Below the pieces are notes generated by a model that worked only from the letters and a program-made list of their open reading frames with translations, did not search any database and was not told the origin of the DNA. This document shows positions 1-9,867 of a stretch of DNA of 61,715 nucleotides, in pieces. Position numbers and translations under genes: made by a program. The stretch covers positions 1-61,715 of IMG/VR virus record IMGVR_UViG_3300021961_007533. The stretch is one strand, 5' to 3'. Source of the DNA: a virus. Lineage: Duplodnaviria > Caudoviricetes. Position 1 is the first letter of the stretch, and each line of letters opens with the position of its first letter.

Positions 1-76
1 TCAAAACTGAAGACAATTCTGAAAAACAGAAAAGTGATTTTATGTTAGTAATAAAACAAATATTAAATATATCATA

Positions 77-1435
77 ATGAGAGATAGTGAAATCAATAAA
101 ATTGTTAAAAAAATAATCAAAGAAGCACCAGTTGATTATGGCGACTATCCTGAAAGAATGCACCCAAGAAGTCAAGCAAAAATCGAAGATCCAGAGGGTA
201 TTTACGCAAAAAATAGAGGATTTAGAAAAGGTGTTGGGGACGTAGAAAGAATCGCAGGTAAACGATTTAAAGAAATTGTTGATTATGTTAAAAGATATTA
301 TGGGACAGATAGAAATATAACTGACCCCCAAGTAAAAATGTCAATACAAATGGCCCAAATGCAAGCAGTAAGACAAGTAATGCAAATTGAGCCAACTCAT
401 AGAGAATTACTAAGAGACCTGGCTGTTGAAATTGCAGCAAAAGAAGAGGGGTGGTTACCATATGCAAAAAGTATGGAACAGGCAATAGAAGACGGTTTAG
501 TTACTAAAGAAAAAAAACAAGGTGGCATCGAGTACCAATTTGATTTTATTAACATTTTAACTTTTCTTGGTGAAAAAAGAATTGACCCAAATATGTTTCA
601 GATGAAACCAAAAGAAATGAAAAAATTGGAGTTACCAAAAGATTTTTCTTTTGACATTGATGATTTAACACCAGAAGAAGAAAGACAATTAGAATTAGAA
701 AAAAGACACGTAATTAACGCACTTATACAAGGAAAGGGTAAGAGAGGGCAATTCGCATACCAAATGTATAAAGATCGATTAGACGAAATAGACCCAAGAT
801 TATACGATTTATATAACAAAATAATGGGTGCTAATGATTTAATGTATTTTACAGATGAAGATTTAATTGAAGCTCTTGGTGGAAATGCCGCCGGTGCCGC
901 CGGTAAAATGGAAGGTGGTGACGATAATGATGATGAAGAAGGTGGTGAAGAAGAAAACGACACATATTTTGCAAATGGTGTAATTTTCCCAATATTACTA
1001 CATGAACTATTTAAAGTATTTTCAGTACCAACGTCTCAAGCTCAATGGGATGATGTTGACCCAGGAATTGCGCAAGATGTTGTAGATAAAGCAGACTCAA
1101 TGGAGAATGAACCAATGAACTTTAGAGTTGGGGGTGAATTAGTTAGAAAATTAAGAACATTACTTCCAGATGATCTAGTTCTAGTACCTGAAAATAGAGT
1201 TTATATGCCATTCTTTGAGCAGGCACTATATTCAGTACCAGCTGAAGATTTCCTTAAAAATATTATAGCAAATGTTGTATCAGAAGATAAAGAAGATAAT
1301 AATAAAGCAAAAAGACGTTTTGAGGAACTTTACAAAAAGGCTAAAACTGAGTATGAAAAATACAAAGGTAATGGTGGTGACGATGATGAGTACGAAGATG
1401 ATGAAGATGATATTTTATCACAATTAGGGTTATAA
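77..1435 (+). CDS. Hypothetical phage protein (452 aa), probable head-associated protein with N-terminal IVKKIIKE leader
   Basis: Long ORF directly upstream of TerL; acidic C-terminus; leader motif shared with other small proteins in the window. Confidence 0.6.
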   Translation: MRDSEINKIVKKIIKEAPVDYGDYPERMHPRSQAKIEDPEGIYAKNRGFRKGVGDVERIAGKRFKEIVDYVKRYYGTDRNITDPQVKMSIQMAQMQAVRQVMQIEPTHRELLRDLAVEIAAKEEGWLPYAKSMEQAIEDGLVTKEKKQGGIEYQFDFINILTFLGEKRIDPNMFQMKPKEMKKLELPKDFSFDIDDLTPEEERQLELEKRHVINALIQGKGKRGQFAYQMYKDRLDEIDPRLYDLYNKIMGANDLMYFTDEDLIEALGGNAAGAAGKMEGGDDNDDEEGGEEENDTYFANGVIFPILLHELFKVFSVPTSQAQWDDVDPGIAQDVVDKADSMENEPMNFRVGGELVRKLRTLLPDDLVLVPENRVYMPFFEQALYSVPAEDFLKNIIANVVSEDKEDNNKAKRRFEELYKKAKTEYEKYKGNGGDDDEYEDDEDDILSQLGL

Positions 1436-1452
1436 ATAAAACCAACTAAACC

Positions 1453-1488
1453 AAAGAACCCCCTTTTATTTACTAATTGGGGGTTTTT
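1453..1488 (+). terminator. Rho-independent terminator-like hairpin
   Basis: AACCCCC...GGGGGTT stem (long loop) followed by TTT, right after the 77..1435 stop. Confidence 0.5.
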
Positions 1489-1490
1489 GA

Positions 1491-1498
1491 TATTTATA
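1491..1498 (+). promoter_or_regulatory. Putative phage late promoter motif TATTTATA (before terL)
   Basis: Same octamer recurs upstream of about 18 mostly structural genes. Confidence 0.6.
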
Positions 1499-1510
1499 TA
1501 AAAAGACTTT

Positions 1511-3286
1511 ATGGGTTTATCTAAAGAACAATTAATGTTAGAATATATAAAGTGTATGAAAGACACGTCATACGCTTTAAGAACATATTTACAGACATAT
1601 GACAATACAGTATCAAAATATGTCCCATTAGAGTTATTTCCAGATCAAGAAAATTTATTAAATGACTACGAGGAACATGAAGAAAATATTGCTTTAAAAT
1701 ATAGACAAGCTGGCGTATCAACAGTTACTGCTGCATGGGTATCAAAAAGACTTGTTTTTGCAAAAAAAGAAAGACCTGAAAAAATTCTAATTATTGCAAA
1801 TAAATTAGATACCTCTATGGAAATGGCAAATAAGATTAGAGCTTTTATAGAACAATGGCCTAATTGGGTTGGAGCACAATTTTCACCAGATAAAAATTCA
1901 CAAAGACATTATAAATTAACAAATGGTTGTGAGGTAAAAGCAGTTGCAACATCAAGGGACGCACTTAGAGGTTATACACCAACAATTCTTGTTTTTGATG
2001 AGGCCGCGTTTATTGAAGCTGACAATGATTTCTGGGCGGCTTGTATGGCATCGCTATCTACTGGGGGTAAAGTAATTGTTGTGTCAACACCAAATGGGTA
2101 TGACCCAATATATTATGAGATATATAATCAAGCGTCAAAGGGTATTAATAATTTTAAAATTACAGAGATGTTTTGGTGGAAAGACCCAAGATATACAAAA
2201 GATTTATATTTAGTACCAACAGAAGACATGATTGATTATCTACTTAATAAAACAGAAAGAGACCATAGTAAAAATATATCATATGAAGGTACTAATCCAT
2301 ATGAAAGGGATTATGATGAAATAAAAGAATATTTTAAACAAGGATATAAACCATGCTCATCTTGGTATGAAAAAATGGTTAAAAAACTTAAATACGATAA
2401 AAGAAAAATAAACCAAGAATTAAATTGTGAATTTTTAGGATCTGGTGATAACGTATTTGATAATAAACAATTAGAGTATATTAAAAATAACACACTAGTT
2501 GAGACTCAAACAAAAATGATGGGCAACTCCCTTTGGATATGGAAAGACCCACAAGAGGGTCATAAATATATTATGGGAATTGATGTTTCTAGGGGAGATA
2601 GTGAGGATTTCTCAACAATACAAATTATAGATTTTGACGAAAGAGAACAAGTGCTTGAGTACGTTGGAAAAATTCCACCAGACGCATTAGCTGAAATAGC
2701 ATATAAATGGGGGGTTATGTATAGTGCGTTTATTGTAATTGATATTACTGGTGGTATGGGTGTTGCGACATCAAGAAAACTACAAGAAATGGGGTATAAA
2801 AATCTATATATTGATGGTGTTGACTCAACAAATATATGGAACTACAATCCTAAAGCACAAGATAAGATACCAGGAATAAACTTTAATAATAAACGAGTTC
2901 AAATTATTGCGGCTTTTGAGGAATATGTTAGACACAAATTTAAAATTAAAAGTAGTCGTTTATACGATGAGATGAATAACTTTATTTATGTAAATGGTAG
3001 ACCCGATCACCAAAAAGGACAACATGACGATTTAATTATGGCAATAGCTATGGCTATATATGTAGGGGAAATCGCATTCCAAAAACTAGAAAAGGTAACC
3101 CAACAAACAAAAGTGATGCTTGAGTCATGGACTGTAAGTAATAACGAAAGTGTTAATAGGGATTTAGAGTTTAACCCAGTAATCCCAAATAATTATATGA
3201 TGAATGAAAAAAACAAAATAAACAATGTATCAAAAGATGACTATATAAAATATGGTTGGTTATTTGGTTCTAGTAAAAGATATTAA
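1511..3286 (+). CDS. terL: Terminase large subunit (T4 gp17-like)
   Basis: Walker A-like KYRQAGVST, Walker B LVFDEAAF, STPNG coupling motif, RNase H nuclease motifs GIDVSRG and HDDLIMA. Confidence 0.95.
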   Translation: MGLSKEQLMLEYIKCMKDTSYALRTYLQTYDNTVSKYVPLELFPDQENLLNDYEEHEENIALKYRQAGVSTVTAAWVSKRLVFAKKERPEKILIIANKLDTSMEMANKIRAFIEQWPNWVGAQFSPDKNSQRHYKLTNGCEVKAVATSRDALRGYTPTILVFDEAAFIEADNDFWAACMASLSTGGKVIVVSTPNGYDPIYYEIYNQASKGINNFKITEMFWWKDPRYTKDLYLVPTEDMIDYLLNKTERDHSKNISYEGTNPYERDYDEIKEYFKQGYKPCSSWYEKMVKKLKYDKRKINQELNCEFLGSGDNVFDNKQLEYIKNNTLVETQTKMMGNSLWIWKDPQEGHKYIMGIDVSRGDSEDFSTIQIIDFDEREQVLEYVGKIPPDALAEIAYKWGVMYSAFIVIDITGGMGVATSRKLQEMGYKNLYIDGVDSTNIWNYNPKAQDKIPGINFNNKRVQIIAAFEEYVRHKFKIKSSRLYDEMNNFIYVNGRPDHQKGQHDDLIMAIAMAIYVGEIAFQKLEKVTQQTKVMLESWTVSNNESVNRDLEFNPVIPNNYMMNEKNKINNVSKDDYIKYGWLFGSSKRY

Positions 3287-3287
3287 A

Positions 3288-3452
3288 ATGGGAAAAGAAC
3301 TTAGAAAGACATCGGGTAAAATAATAGGTGGGTCAACATTAATTGTCCCTGACCAACCAGTATATTCAGTTAAGGTATTTCCACCAACATTTAAATATAA
3401 ACAAAGTAATATTAAACAAGAAGTTAATTCAAGTAACTCTAAAAATGTTTAA
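3288..3452 (+). CDS. Small hypothetical protein (54 aa, MGKELRKTSG...)
   Basis: ATG 1 nt after the terL stop; fills the terL-portal gap; start re-called from the 3252 ORF. Confidence 0.5.
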   Translation: MGKELRKTSGKIIGGSTLIVPDQPVYSVKVFPPTFKYKQSNIKQEVNSSNSKNV

Positions 3453-3488
3453 TATTTATATTTAAAGTATATATACTAATTTTTAATT

Positions 3489-5267
3489 ATGGAAAATTTA
3501 AATAAAGATTTAACTGTTTGGCAAAGAATATCAAAGGCCTTTGGACCAAATTCATTATTAGGTCAGGACATCTCACCAAGCTACCGTTTTGACAAAAAAG
3601 AACTTTTAAGAACTAAAGATAGAAATGAGTATGAGAAAGAATTATTACAGTCACAACAGTCTCTTTATTTAGCGAATCAATGGCAAAAAATTGAGAGTAA
3701 TTTATATACTCAAGCAATATATTATGAACCAACTAGATTAGCGGCTTTCTATGATTATGAATCTATGGAGTTTACACCTGAAATATCAACAGCTCTTGAC
3801 ATATACGCGGAAGAATCTACAACACCAAATGAGAATGGTTATATATTACAAATTTATTCAGAATCAAAAAGAATAAAAGGTGTATTAGCCGATTTATTTA
3901 ATAATACATTAGATATTAACACAAACTTACAAATGTGGATTAGAAACACTTGTAAGTATGGTGACAACTTTGTTTATTTAAAACTAGACCCAGAAAAAGG
4001 AATCATTGGTTGCGTACAATTACCAAATATTGAGATTGAAAGGTTAGAAAGGGGAATGAAACCAAAAACCCCAAATAGTGAAGTAAACACAGATGAAAAA
4101 GGTGTAAGATTTTCTTGGAAAGAGAAAAATATGGAGTTTAACACATGGGAGGTTGCACACTTTAGACTCCTAGGTGATGATAGAAAACTACCCTATGGTA
4201 CATCAATGCTTGAAAAAGCAAGAAGGATTTGGAAACAATTAGTATTAGCTGAAGACGCTATGCTTATTTATCGTACATCAAGAGCACCAGAAAGAAGGGT
4301 ATTTAAAGTTTTTGTTGGTAATATGGACGACAAAGATGTTGAGCCATACGTACAAAGAGTTGCTAATAAATTTAAAAGGGATCAGATTGTTGATCAGAAA
4401 ACAGGAAATGTAGATTTACGATTTAATCAAATGGCTGTAGATCAAGATTATTTTATTCCAGTTAGAGATGCCGCGCAAACAATGCCAATTGAGACATTAC
4501 CTGGTGGTACTAACTTATCTGAAATTGCGGATATTGAATATATTCAGAAAAAACTTGTGACGGCATTAAGGATACCAAAAGCATACCTTGGTTTTGAGGA
4601 GCCTGTTGGTGATGGTAAAAACTTATCATTACTTGATATTCGTTTTGCTAGAACAATTAATAGAATACAGAAAAATATGTTATCTGAATTAAATAAGATA
4701 GCAATTATTCACTTATTTCTTTTAGGGTTTGAGGATGAGTTAAATAACTTTACTTTAGGGCTAACAAATCCATCAAAACAAGCAGATCTATTAATGGTCG
4801 ATATTTGGAAAGAGAAAGTTTTACTATATAAAGACCTAGTAACTGAAATTCCAAACTCATTAGCTCCAACATCATCAACTTGGGCTAAAAAACATATATT
4901 TGGTTTTTCAGATGAAGATATTAAATTAGACATACAACAACAAAGAATGGAAAGAGCTGTTTCTGCCGAGTTAGCAAATACAGCAACAATCATTACACAC
5001 ACTGGTTTATTTGATAATGTAGATAGATTGTACAAAACAGTAAGTGGAGCTACAGGGAGCGCACCAGCTGAAGGAGGAGGAGGTGCACCACCATCACCAG
5101 GTGCTGGAGGGCCTCCACCGCCACCAGGAGGAGGAGAAGTTGGTGGTCTTCCAGAAAGTAAAAATAATTTAGAAAATTTAATATTAGAAGACATAGATTA
5201 TAACCCATTTAATAATAATTCTTTGGGTGATATGGAGTCAACATTGGATAAATTGATAAATGGTTGA
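3489..5267 (+). CDS. Portal vertex protein (T4 gp20-like)
   Basis: gp20 motifs LAEDAMLIYRTSRAPERRVF, DYFIPVR, IETLPGG, DIEYIQKKL, DIRFARTI; Gly/Pro-rich C-terminal tail. Confidence 0.93.
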   Translation: MENLNKDLTVWQRISKAFGPNSLLGQDISPSYRFDKKELLRTKDRNEYEKELLQSQQSLYLANQWQKIESNLYTQAIYYEPTRLAAFYDYESMEFTPEISTALDIYAEESTTPNENGYILQIYSESKRIKGVLADLFNNTLDINTNLQMWIRNTCKYGDNFVYLKLDPEKGIIGCVQLPNIEIERLERGMKPKTPNSEVNTDEKGVRFSWKEKNMEFNTWEVAHFRLLGDDRKLPYGTSMLEKARRIWKQLVLAEDAMLIYRTSRAPERRVFKVFVGNMDDKDVEPYVQRVANKFKRDQIVDQKTGNVDLRFNQMAVDQDYFIPVRDAAQTMPIETLPGGTNLSEIADIEYIQKKLVTALRIPKAYLGFEEPVGDGKNLSLLDIRFARTINRIQKNMLSELNKIAIIHLFLLGFEDELNNFTLGLTNPSKQADLLMVDIWKEKVLLYKDLVTEIPNSLAPTSSTWAKKHIFGFSDEDIKLDIQQQRMERAVSAELANTATIITHTGLFDNVDRLYKTVSGATGSAPAEGGGGAPPSPGAGGPPPPPGGGEVGGLPESKNNLENLILEDIDYNPFNNNSLGDMESTLDKLING

Positions 5268-5288
5268 TATTTATTAAAAAACAAAAAA

Positions 5289-5996
5289 ATGGAATTTGGA
5301 TTAATTAAAAGTAAAATAGAAAAAAGACTATCTAGTTCTTATTTAAACGAGAGTCTTAAAAATGATTTATTCATATTTAACGAACTTGTTTTAAAAAACA
5401 AAGATGTTAGTAAATTATTTTCTTTATATAGTGATTTAGCAGAAAATAGAGGTTATGATAATTCTTTTGCAACTGAATTTATAAAAGAATCAGTTGATAG
5501 AATAAAAAAAATTAAACCAAGTAAAAAAGCTATAGATGAAATTAATATGTGGTTATCACATATTGACGTTAAAAATGAATATACTAATATTGATAATCTA
5601 GTATCTGAAAGATATGTTAGTGTTGAGGATAAATTAAAAAGTAAGGAAAGTATTTTAGAATCATTAAAACAAAAAAAGGTTACTTATGATGAAATTAAAA
5701 AATTACCAATTAGTGATATTGTAAATGTTGCTAATAGCACTATTAATTCACACTTAAACACATTAGGTGAATCAGAAAAAAAACAACTACAATCTATTTT
5801 AAAAGAAAGTGATGAAAAACTAAAATTAAAATATGAAATAATAAAAGAAGATGTTTTATCTAAATTAGAAAATCTAAAAAATGATTCTGATACTGAGGTT
5901 TTAGGTAGAATTAACGAGACCTTTGAGAAAATATCAGCAGAAGATTATAGTAAATTAAATTATTTTAAATTAAAGGAATTAAATAACAACTTATAA
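5289..5996 (+). CDS. Hypothetical protein (235 aa) in head module
   Basis: ORF with TATTTATT motif at 5268-5275. Confidence 0.65.
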   Translation: MEFGLIKSKIEKRLSSSYLNESLKNDLFIFNELVLKNKDVSKLFSLYSDLAENRGYDNSFATEFIKESVDRIKKIKPSKKAIDEINMWLSHIDVKNEYTNIDNLVSERYVSVEDKLKSKESILESLKQKKVTYDEIKKLPISDIVNVANSTINSHLNTLGESEKKQLQSILKESDEKLKLKYEIIKEDVLSKLENLKNDSDTEVLGRINETFEKISAEDYSKLNYFKLKELNNNL

Positions 5997-6173
5997 ATCT
6001 TTTATTTTTTGAACGTGTATTGCCCGTTGTTTTTGGGCGCGTCTTTTTACGGACTTTTTAATAAACTCAACCTTAGAGTTTATTTGTGAATTTTGCCTAG
6101 TCTTTATTACCTTACTTTTTAATTCTTTTATAGCACGTTCAATATTACTATTCTTTACTTTAACAATTAACAT
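5991..6173 (-). CDS. rpsU: Phage-encoded 30S ribosomal protein bS21
   Basis: 60-aa basic protein MLIVKVKNSNIERAIKELKSK...EFIKKSVKRR matching the bS21 pattern (NIxRALKxxKxK...FxKPSVxRR) with a Bacteroidota-type MLI start; antisense within the head cluster, as described for bS21 phages. Confidence 0.85.
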   Translation of the reverse strand: MLIVKVKNSNIERAIKELKSKVIKTRQNSQINSKVEFIKKSVKRRAQKQRAIHVQKIKDL

Positions 6174-6211
6174 ATTTTATTTGGGTTATTTTTATATATT
6201 GATATATATCA

Positions 6212-6244
6212 CAAAATTATATAAACTTTTTAAAAATAAACAAA
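6212..6244 (-). promoter_or_regulatory. Bacteroidota-type housekeeping promoter upstream of bS21 (TTTG-N21-TAATTTTG)
   Basis: Minus strand TTTG (6244-6241), 21-nt spacer, TAATTTTG (6219-6212). Confidence 0.5.
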
Positions 6245-6263
6245 TTTACTATGAGAAATTTAT

Positions 6264-6743
6264 ATGAAAAAAGGAAAATCAATAAAACTTACGGGTTTTA
6301 GAAATTGTAAAGTTAATTACGGTACTGTTGACTCAAAAGAATTTAAGTCTTTATATATTAACTTACAAACTTGGGTCGAACCAAAAACACACGAACTAAA
6401 TTGGGAACGAATAGTTTTAAATATGTCTAGAAATATTAAACATTCAATATATGATAGCATAGATAAAACCCAATTTAACGAAAATTTTATTGTTGATTTA
6501 GATTTAAGAACTAGTGGAATACAATTAAAAAAGAAATCATTTATGAATCTAGAAATTAATCTTTTTATAAACGAAGAAATAAAAGAAGAAATTGATTTTA
6601 AATCACAAAAATTAAAAAAATCCATAAAAAAATTAGTGAAAGAATTACATTCAGATATGTTAGTAAAAAATAGATATTTTAAATTTTATTTAACAAAATA
6701 TGGAAATAATAAACCAGAAAAAATAAAAACCCAAGTTATTTAG
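6264..6743 (+). CDS. Hypothetical protein (159 aa)
   Basis: ORF between bS21 and prohead protease. Confidence 0.65.
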   Translation: MKKGKSIKLTGFRNCKVNYGTVDSKEFKSLYINLQTWVEPKTHELNWERIVLNMSRNIKHSIYDSIDKTQFNENFIVDLDLRTSGIQLKKKSFMNLEINLFINEEIKEEIDFKSQKLKKSIKKLVKELHSDMLVKNRYFKFYLTKYGNNKPEKIKTQVI

Positions 6744-6764
6744 TATTTATATTAAAACTTTAGT

Positions 6765-7490
6765 ATGAATAATTACAAAATTTTATCCCCAAATGACATT
6801 GGTAAAGGTATTCTAATTGAGTATGATGCTGGATATATAAACCCAAAAACTGAGGGTAATAAATATATTATGGAATCTAAAGGGTATTTAGATCATAGCA
6901 AACCATTTGAGTTCTATGCAGTATTACAAAAATACGACACACCAAATAGAAATGGTAGAGTATACCCAAAAGAGATATTAATGCGTGAAGCTGAGAATTA
7001 TAAAAAGATGATTGAGAAGGGTACTTCACTCTCGGAATTAAATCACCCAGAATCTTCATTAATTGATCTTGATAGGGTTTCACATATTATAACTGAAATA
7101 TGGTGGGATGGAAAAATGTTAATGGGAAAACTAAAACTATTAACAAGTCCGGGTTTTCACGAAAGAGGAATTGTATCAACAAAAGGAGATATGGCCGCAA
7201 ACTATTTAAGACAAGGTGTTACCCTTGGTATTTCTTCTAGAGGTGTTGGGTCTTTAAAAAAGGTTGGTGAAACAAATGAGGTGCAAAAAGACTTTGAATT
7301 AATTTGTTTTGACTTGGTTTCCTCACCATCTACACCTGGTGCTTACCTATTCTTAAATCCAAACGATAAATCTAAGTTCGAAGAAAACTTAGATGAAGAA
7401 AAAAGAATGTACTCAGAAAGAAATAGTGAGGAAGTTGGTGGTAAATCTCTTGACTTAATGAAAAAATTATCCGATTATTTGGGTAAATAA
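6765..7490 (+). CDS. Prohead core protease (T4 gp21-like)
   Basis: Motifs NRNGRVYP, ELNHP, RVSH, GISSRGVGS, FDLVSSPSTPGAY. Confidence 0.93.
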   Translation: MNNYKILSPNDIGKGILIEYDAGYINPKTEGNKYIMESKGYLDHSKPFEFYAVLQKYDTPNRNGRVYPKEILMREAENYKKMIEKGTSLSELNHPESSLIDLDRVSHIITEIWWDGKMLMGKLKLLTSPGFHERGIVSTKGDMAANYLRQGVTLGISSRGVGSLKKVGETNEVQKDFELICFDLVSSPSTPGAYLFLNPNDKSKFEENLDEEKRMYSERNSEEVGGKSLDLMKKLSDYLGK

Positions 7491-7496
7491 AAAATT

Positions 7497-7712
7497 ATGG
7501 AACAAGGAGAAAAATATTTTGTAGCAAAAATTTCATTAGATTTGGTTGATAATGAAAGTGGAAAAGTTAGAAAAACCAAAGAAGAAAAATTAGTACTAGG
7601 TTATACGCCAACTGACGTTGAGGCAAAGGTGACAAAAATTTTTGAGAACTATAGTATGGACTGGAGAATTACCGCAATTACTGAAAGTAAGATTGATGAG
7701 GTAATTGAATAA
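7497..7712 (+). CDS. Small hypothetical protein (71 aa)
   Basis: ORF immediately after the protease, followed by a terminator. Confidence 0.65.
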   Translation: MEQGEKYFVAKISLDLVDNESGKVRKTKEEKLVLGYTPTDVEAKVTKIFENYSMDWRITAITESKIDEVIE

Positions 7713-7734
7713 AAAAACATTTATTTAATTTTTT

Positions 7735-7766
7735 AAAGGACACACAAATAGTGTGTCTTTTTTTTT
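7735..7766 (+). terminator. Rho-independent terminator
   Basis: AAAGGACACAC-AAATA-GTGTGTCTTTT followed by a T run. Confidence 0.8.
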
Positions 7767-7793
7767 ATGATATATTTATAATAAAAAATTATT

Positions 7794-8126
7794 ATGAAAA
7801 AAAGAATTAGACTTACAGAATCAGATCTTGAAAAATTAATTGGAAGGGTAATTAAAGAATCTGATGAAGATATGGAACAAGGTGGTGAAAATATTGGTGA
7901 TGTTATAAATTACATTGAAAAGTTATATAAGCAATTAGCTAGTTTAAATCAAATAATGGATAGATTTCTTAATGATGTTGATGGTATTGACCATTTTTCA
8001 GATATTATTGAAGATTCAGATTTGTCCGAAGACGAAAAAGATGAACTACTTGATGATTTAAGTTTTTTATATGAAATTACAGATTCCTTATTTGATTTAG
8101 AGAATAAGTATTTTCGTAAATATTAA
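7794..8126 (+). CDS. Acidic hypothetical protein with MKKRIRLTESDL...VIKE leader (putative internal head protein)
   Basis: Late motif at 7773-7780, own terminator, shared leader. Confidence 0.65.
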   Translation: MKKRIRLTESDLEKLIGRVIKESDEDMEQGGENIGDVINYIEKLYKQLASLNQIMDRFLNDVDGIDHFSDIIEDSDLSEDEKDELLDDLSFLYEITDSLFDLENKYFRKY

Positions 8127-8145
8127 TAATAACAAAACATAAAAC

Positions 8146-8174
8146 AAAGGGAGGACAATAGTCTTCCCTTTTTT
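8146..8174 (+). terminator. Rho-independent terminator
   Basis: AAAGGGAGGAC-AATA-GTCTTCCCTTT followed by a T run. Confidence 0.8.
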
Positions 8175-8239
8175 ATTTTCTAATAATTTAAAATTTTTTA
8201 TTAGTTGTAAGTATTTATTATTAAACACAAAAATAGTAA

Positions 8240-9799
8240 ATGACAAAAAATAAAAATGTTATTGAGGACACTCTTATCCAAATTACAAAGTTGGAGGAGT
8301 CTCTTAATCAAAATGCACAAGGAATACTTGCTTCGACAATGAGGGAAGAAATCAGCAATCTAGTAAAAGAATCTCTAAAAGAACAAGACGAGGTTGATGA
8401 CGAAGAAGTTGACGTTGAAGAAACTGATACTGATAATTTTGATGAAATGGGTGACGAAGAAGTAGAAGACATCGAAGGAGATGTTGATTTTGAAGAGGAG
8501 CCAATGGCTGAATTACCTATGGATTCTGATGAAGAAGATGATGATGTTATTGATATGACACAAGCTTCAGATACTGAATTGATTAAAGTATTTAAAGCTA
8601 TGGATGCCAATGATGGAATCATCGTACAAAAAGACAACAATATGTTAAGTATTAAAGATAACGATACAGATAGTGAATATATTGTTCAGTTGAGTGAATC
8701 TGACTTTGATTTTGACGAAGATGAGGATGACTTTGATTTTGACGAAGATGAGGATGACTTTGATTTTGAAGACCTTGATATGCACGACATTGATATGGGT
8801 ATAAAAGATAAGGGTATGCTTAATCGTGATTCAAGAAAACATAAATTTGATAGACGTAAAGATGACTTTGAAGATGACTTTGATTTTGAAGAGTTTACAG
8901 AAGGAGTACTATCATCAATTGAGGACAAAGGCGAACAAAATGAAAACATCTATGAGTTAGAACTTGAAGATGAAGATGATTTTAATGAAATGCTTGAAAA
9001 CATCTATGAGTTAGAACTTGAAGATGAAGATGAAGATGAAGGTGGAGATAGTATTGAAGATGAATTAGCTTTTGAATTTGATGAGTCTGATGAAATTATG
9101 GAATCTAAAAAAGCTAAAGGCATGGGAATGGGTAAAGCTTCGAAGTTTAAGTACTCTAAAAAACCAAATCAAGAAGGTGGATTCAAAACAGTCAAAAGAA
9201 ATGCTAACAAAACTATGGGAACTGGAAAACCTAAGTATGACTGGAAAGAAGAAGTTAATATGAAAGGTTTTGGTGAAAAAGTTGAAGGCAAGAAGACTGA
9301 AACTAAAGAAGCTTCTAGAACATTAGGTAGTGGTAAAAGATTTGGTAGAAAAGGTTTAGACAAACCAAAGGCAGCACCAAGAAATCTAAGAAAAGAATCT
9401 ATCGATAGAGAAGTTAACATTTTAAGAGAAAAGAATGAAGAGTATAAGAACGCACTTAATCTATTTAGAAATAAACTAAATGAAGTTGCAATATTTAACT
9501 CTAACCTTGCTTACGCTACTAGATTGTTTACTGAACACTCAACAACGAAACAAGAAAAAATAAACATTCTAAGAAGGTTTGACAATGTTGAAACCTTAAA
9601 AGAGTCAAAGACTCTATACAAAGTTATTAAAAGTGAACTAAGTTCTGAAAAACCAATCGAAAATACAATAACTGAATCAATTCAGAGAACAGTAGAAAAA
9701 ACTCCTTCAACAGGATCTGCGGTAAATCTAATTGAGTCAAAAACGTATGAAAATCCACAGTTTTTAAGAATGAAAGACTTGATGACGAAAATAAAATAA
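8240..9799 (+). CDS. Prohead core / scaffolding protein (gp22-like position)
   Basis: Lies between protease and MCP; very acidic low-complexity centre, coiled-coil-like C-terminus, many (L/I)xE sites. Confidence 0.7.
   Translation: MTKNKNVIEDTLIQITKLEESLNQNAQGILASTMREEISNLVKESLKEQDEVDDEEVDVEETDTDNFDEMGDEEVEDIEGDVDFEEEPMAELPMDSDEEDDDVIDMTQASDTELIKVFKAMDANDGIIVQKDNNMLSIKDNDTDSEYIVQLSESDFDFDEDEDDFDFDEDEDDFDFEDLDMHDIDMGIKDKGMLNRDSRKHKFDRRKDDFEDDFDFEEFTEGVLSSIEDKGEQNENIYELELEDEDDFNEMLENIYELELEDEDEDEGGDSIEDELAFEFDESDEIMESKKAKGMGMGKASKFKYSKKPNQEGGFKTVKRNANKTMGTGKPKYDWKEEVNMKGFGEKVEGKKTETKEASRTLGSGKRFGRKGLDKPKAAPRNLRKESIDREVNILREKNEEYKNALNLFRNKLNEVAIFNSNLAYATRLFTEHSTTKQEKINILRRFDNVETLKESKTLYKVIKSELSSEKPIENTITESIQRTVEKTPSTGSAVNLIESKTYENPQFLRMKDLMTKIK
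8701..8769 (+). repeat. 27-bp in-frame tandem repeat (about 2.5 copies; DFDFDEDED)
   Basis: tgactttgattttgacgaagatgagga at 8701 and 8728, partial copy at 8755. Confidence 0.9.
8941..9033 (+). repeat. 39-bp direct repeat with 54-bp period (ENIYELELEDED x2)
   Basis: tgaaaacatctatgagttagaacttgaagatgaagatga at 8941 and 8995. Confidence 0.9.
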
Positions 9800-9819
9800 A
9801 ACTTTTTAAAAGTAAAGAG

Positions 9820-9827
9820 TATTTATA
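9820..9827 (+). promoter_or_regulatory. Putative late promoter TATTTATA upstream of major capsid gene
   Basis: Recurrent octamer, 40 nt upstream of the ATG. Confidence 0.6.
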
Positions 9828-9867
9828 AAATACAAAAATAAACGAAATAAAGCTAAAAAAAATAAAA

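Noticed and set aside
977-1020. ILLHELFK as a zincin HExxH protease motif
   Set aside because: The second His is Lys, and there is no other support
5991-5996. Convergent stop codons sharing the palindrome TTATAA
   Set aside because: Ordinary compact gene packing in an AT-rich genome
8701-9033. Direct repeats as a possible CRISPR array
   Set aside because: Only 2-3 copies, in frame inside the scaffold ORF, with no series of unique spacers and no cas genes
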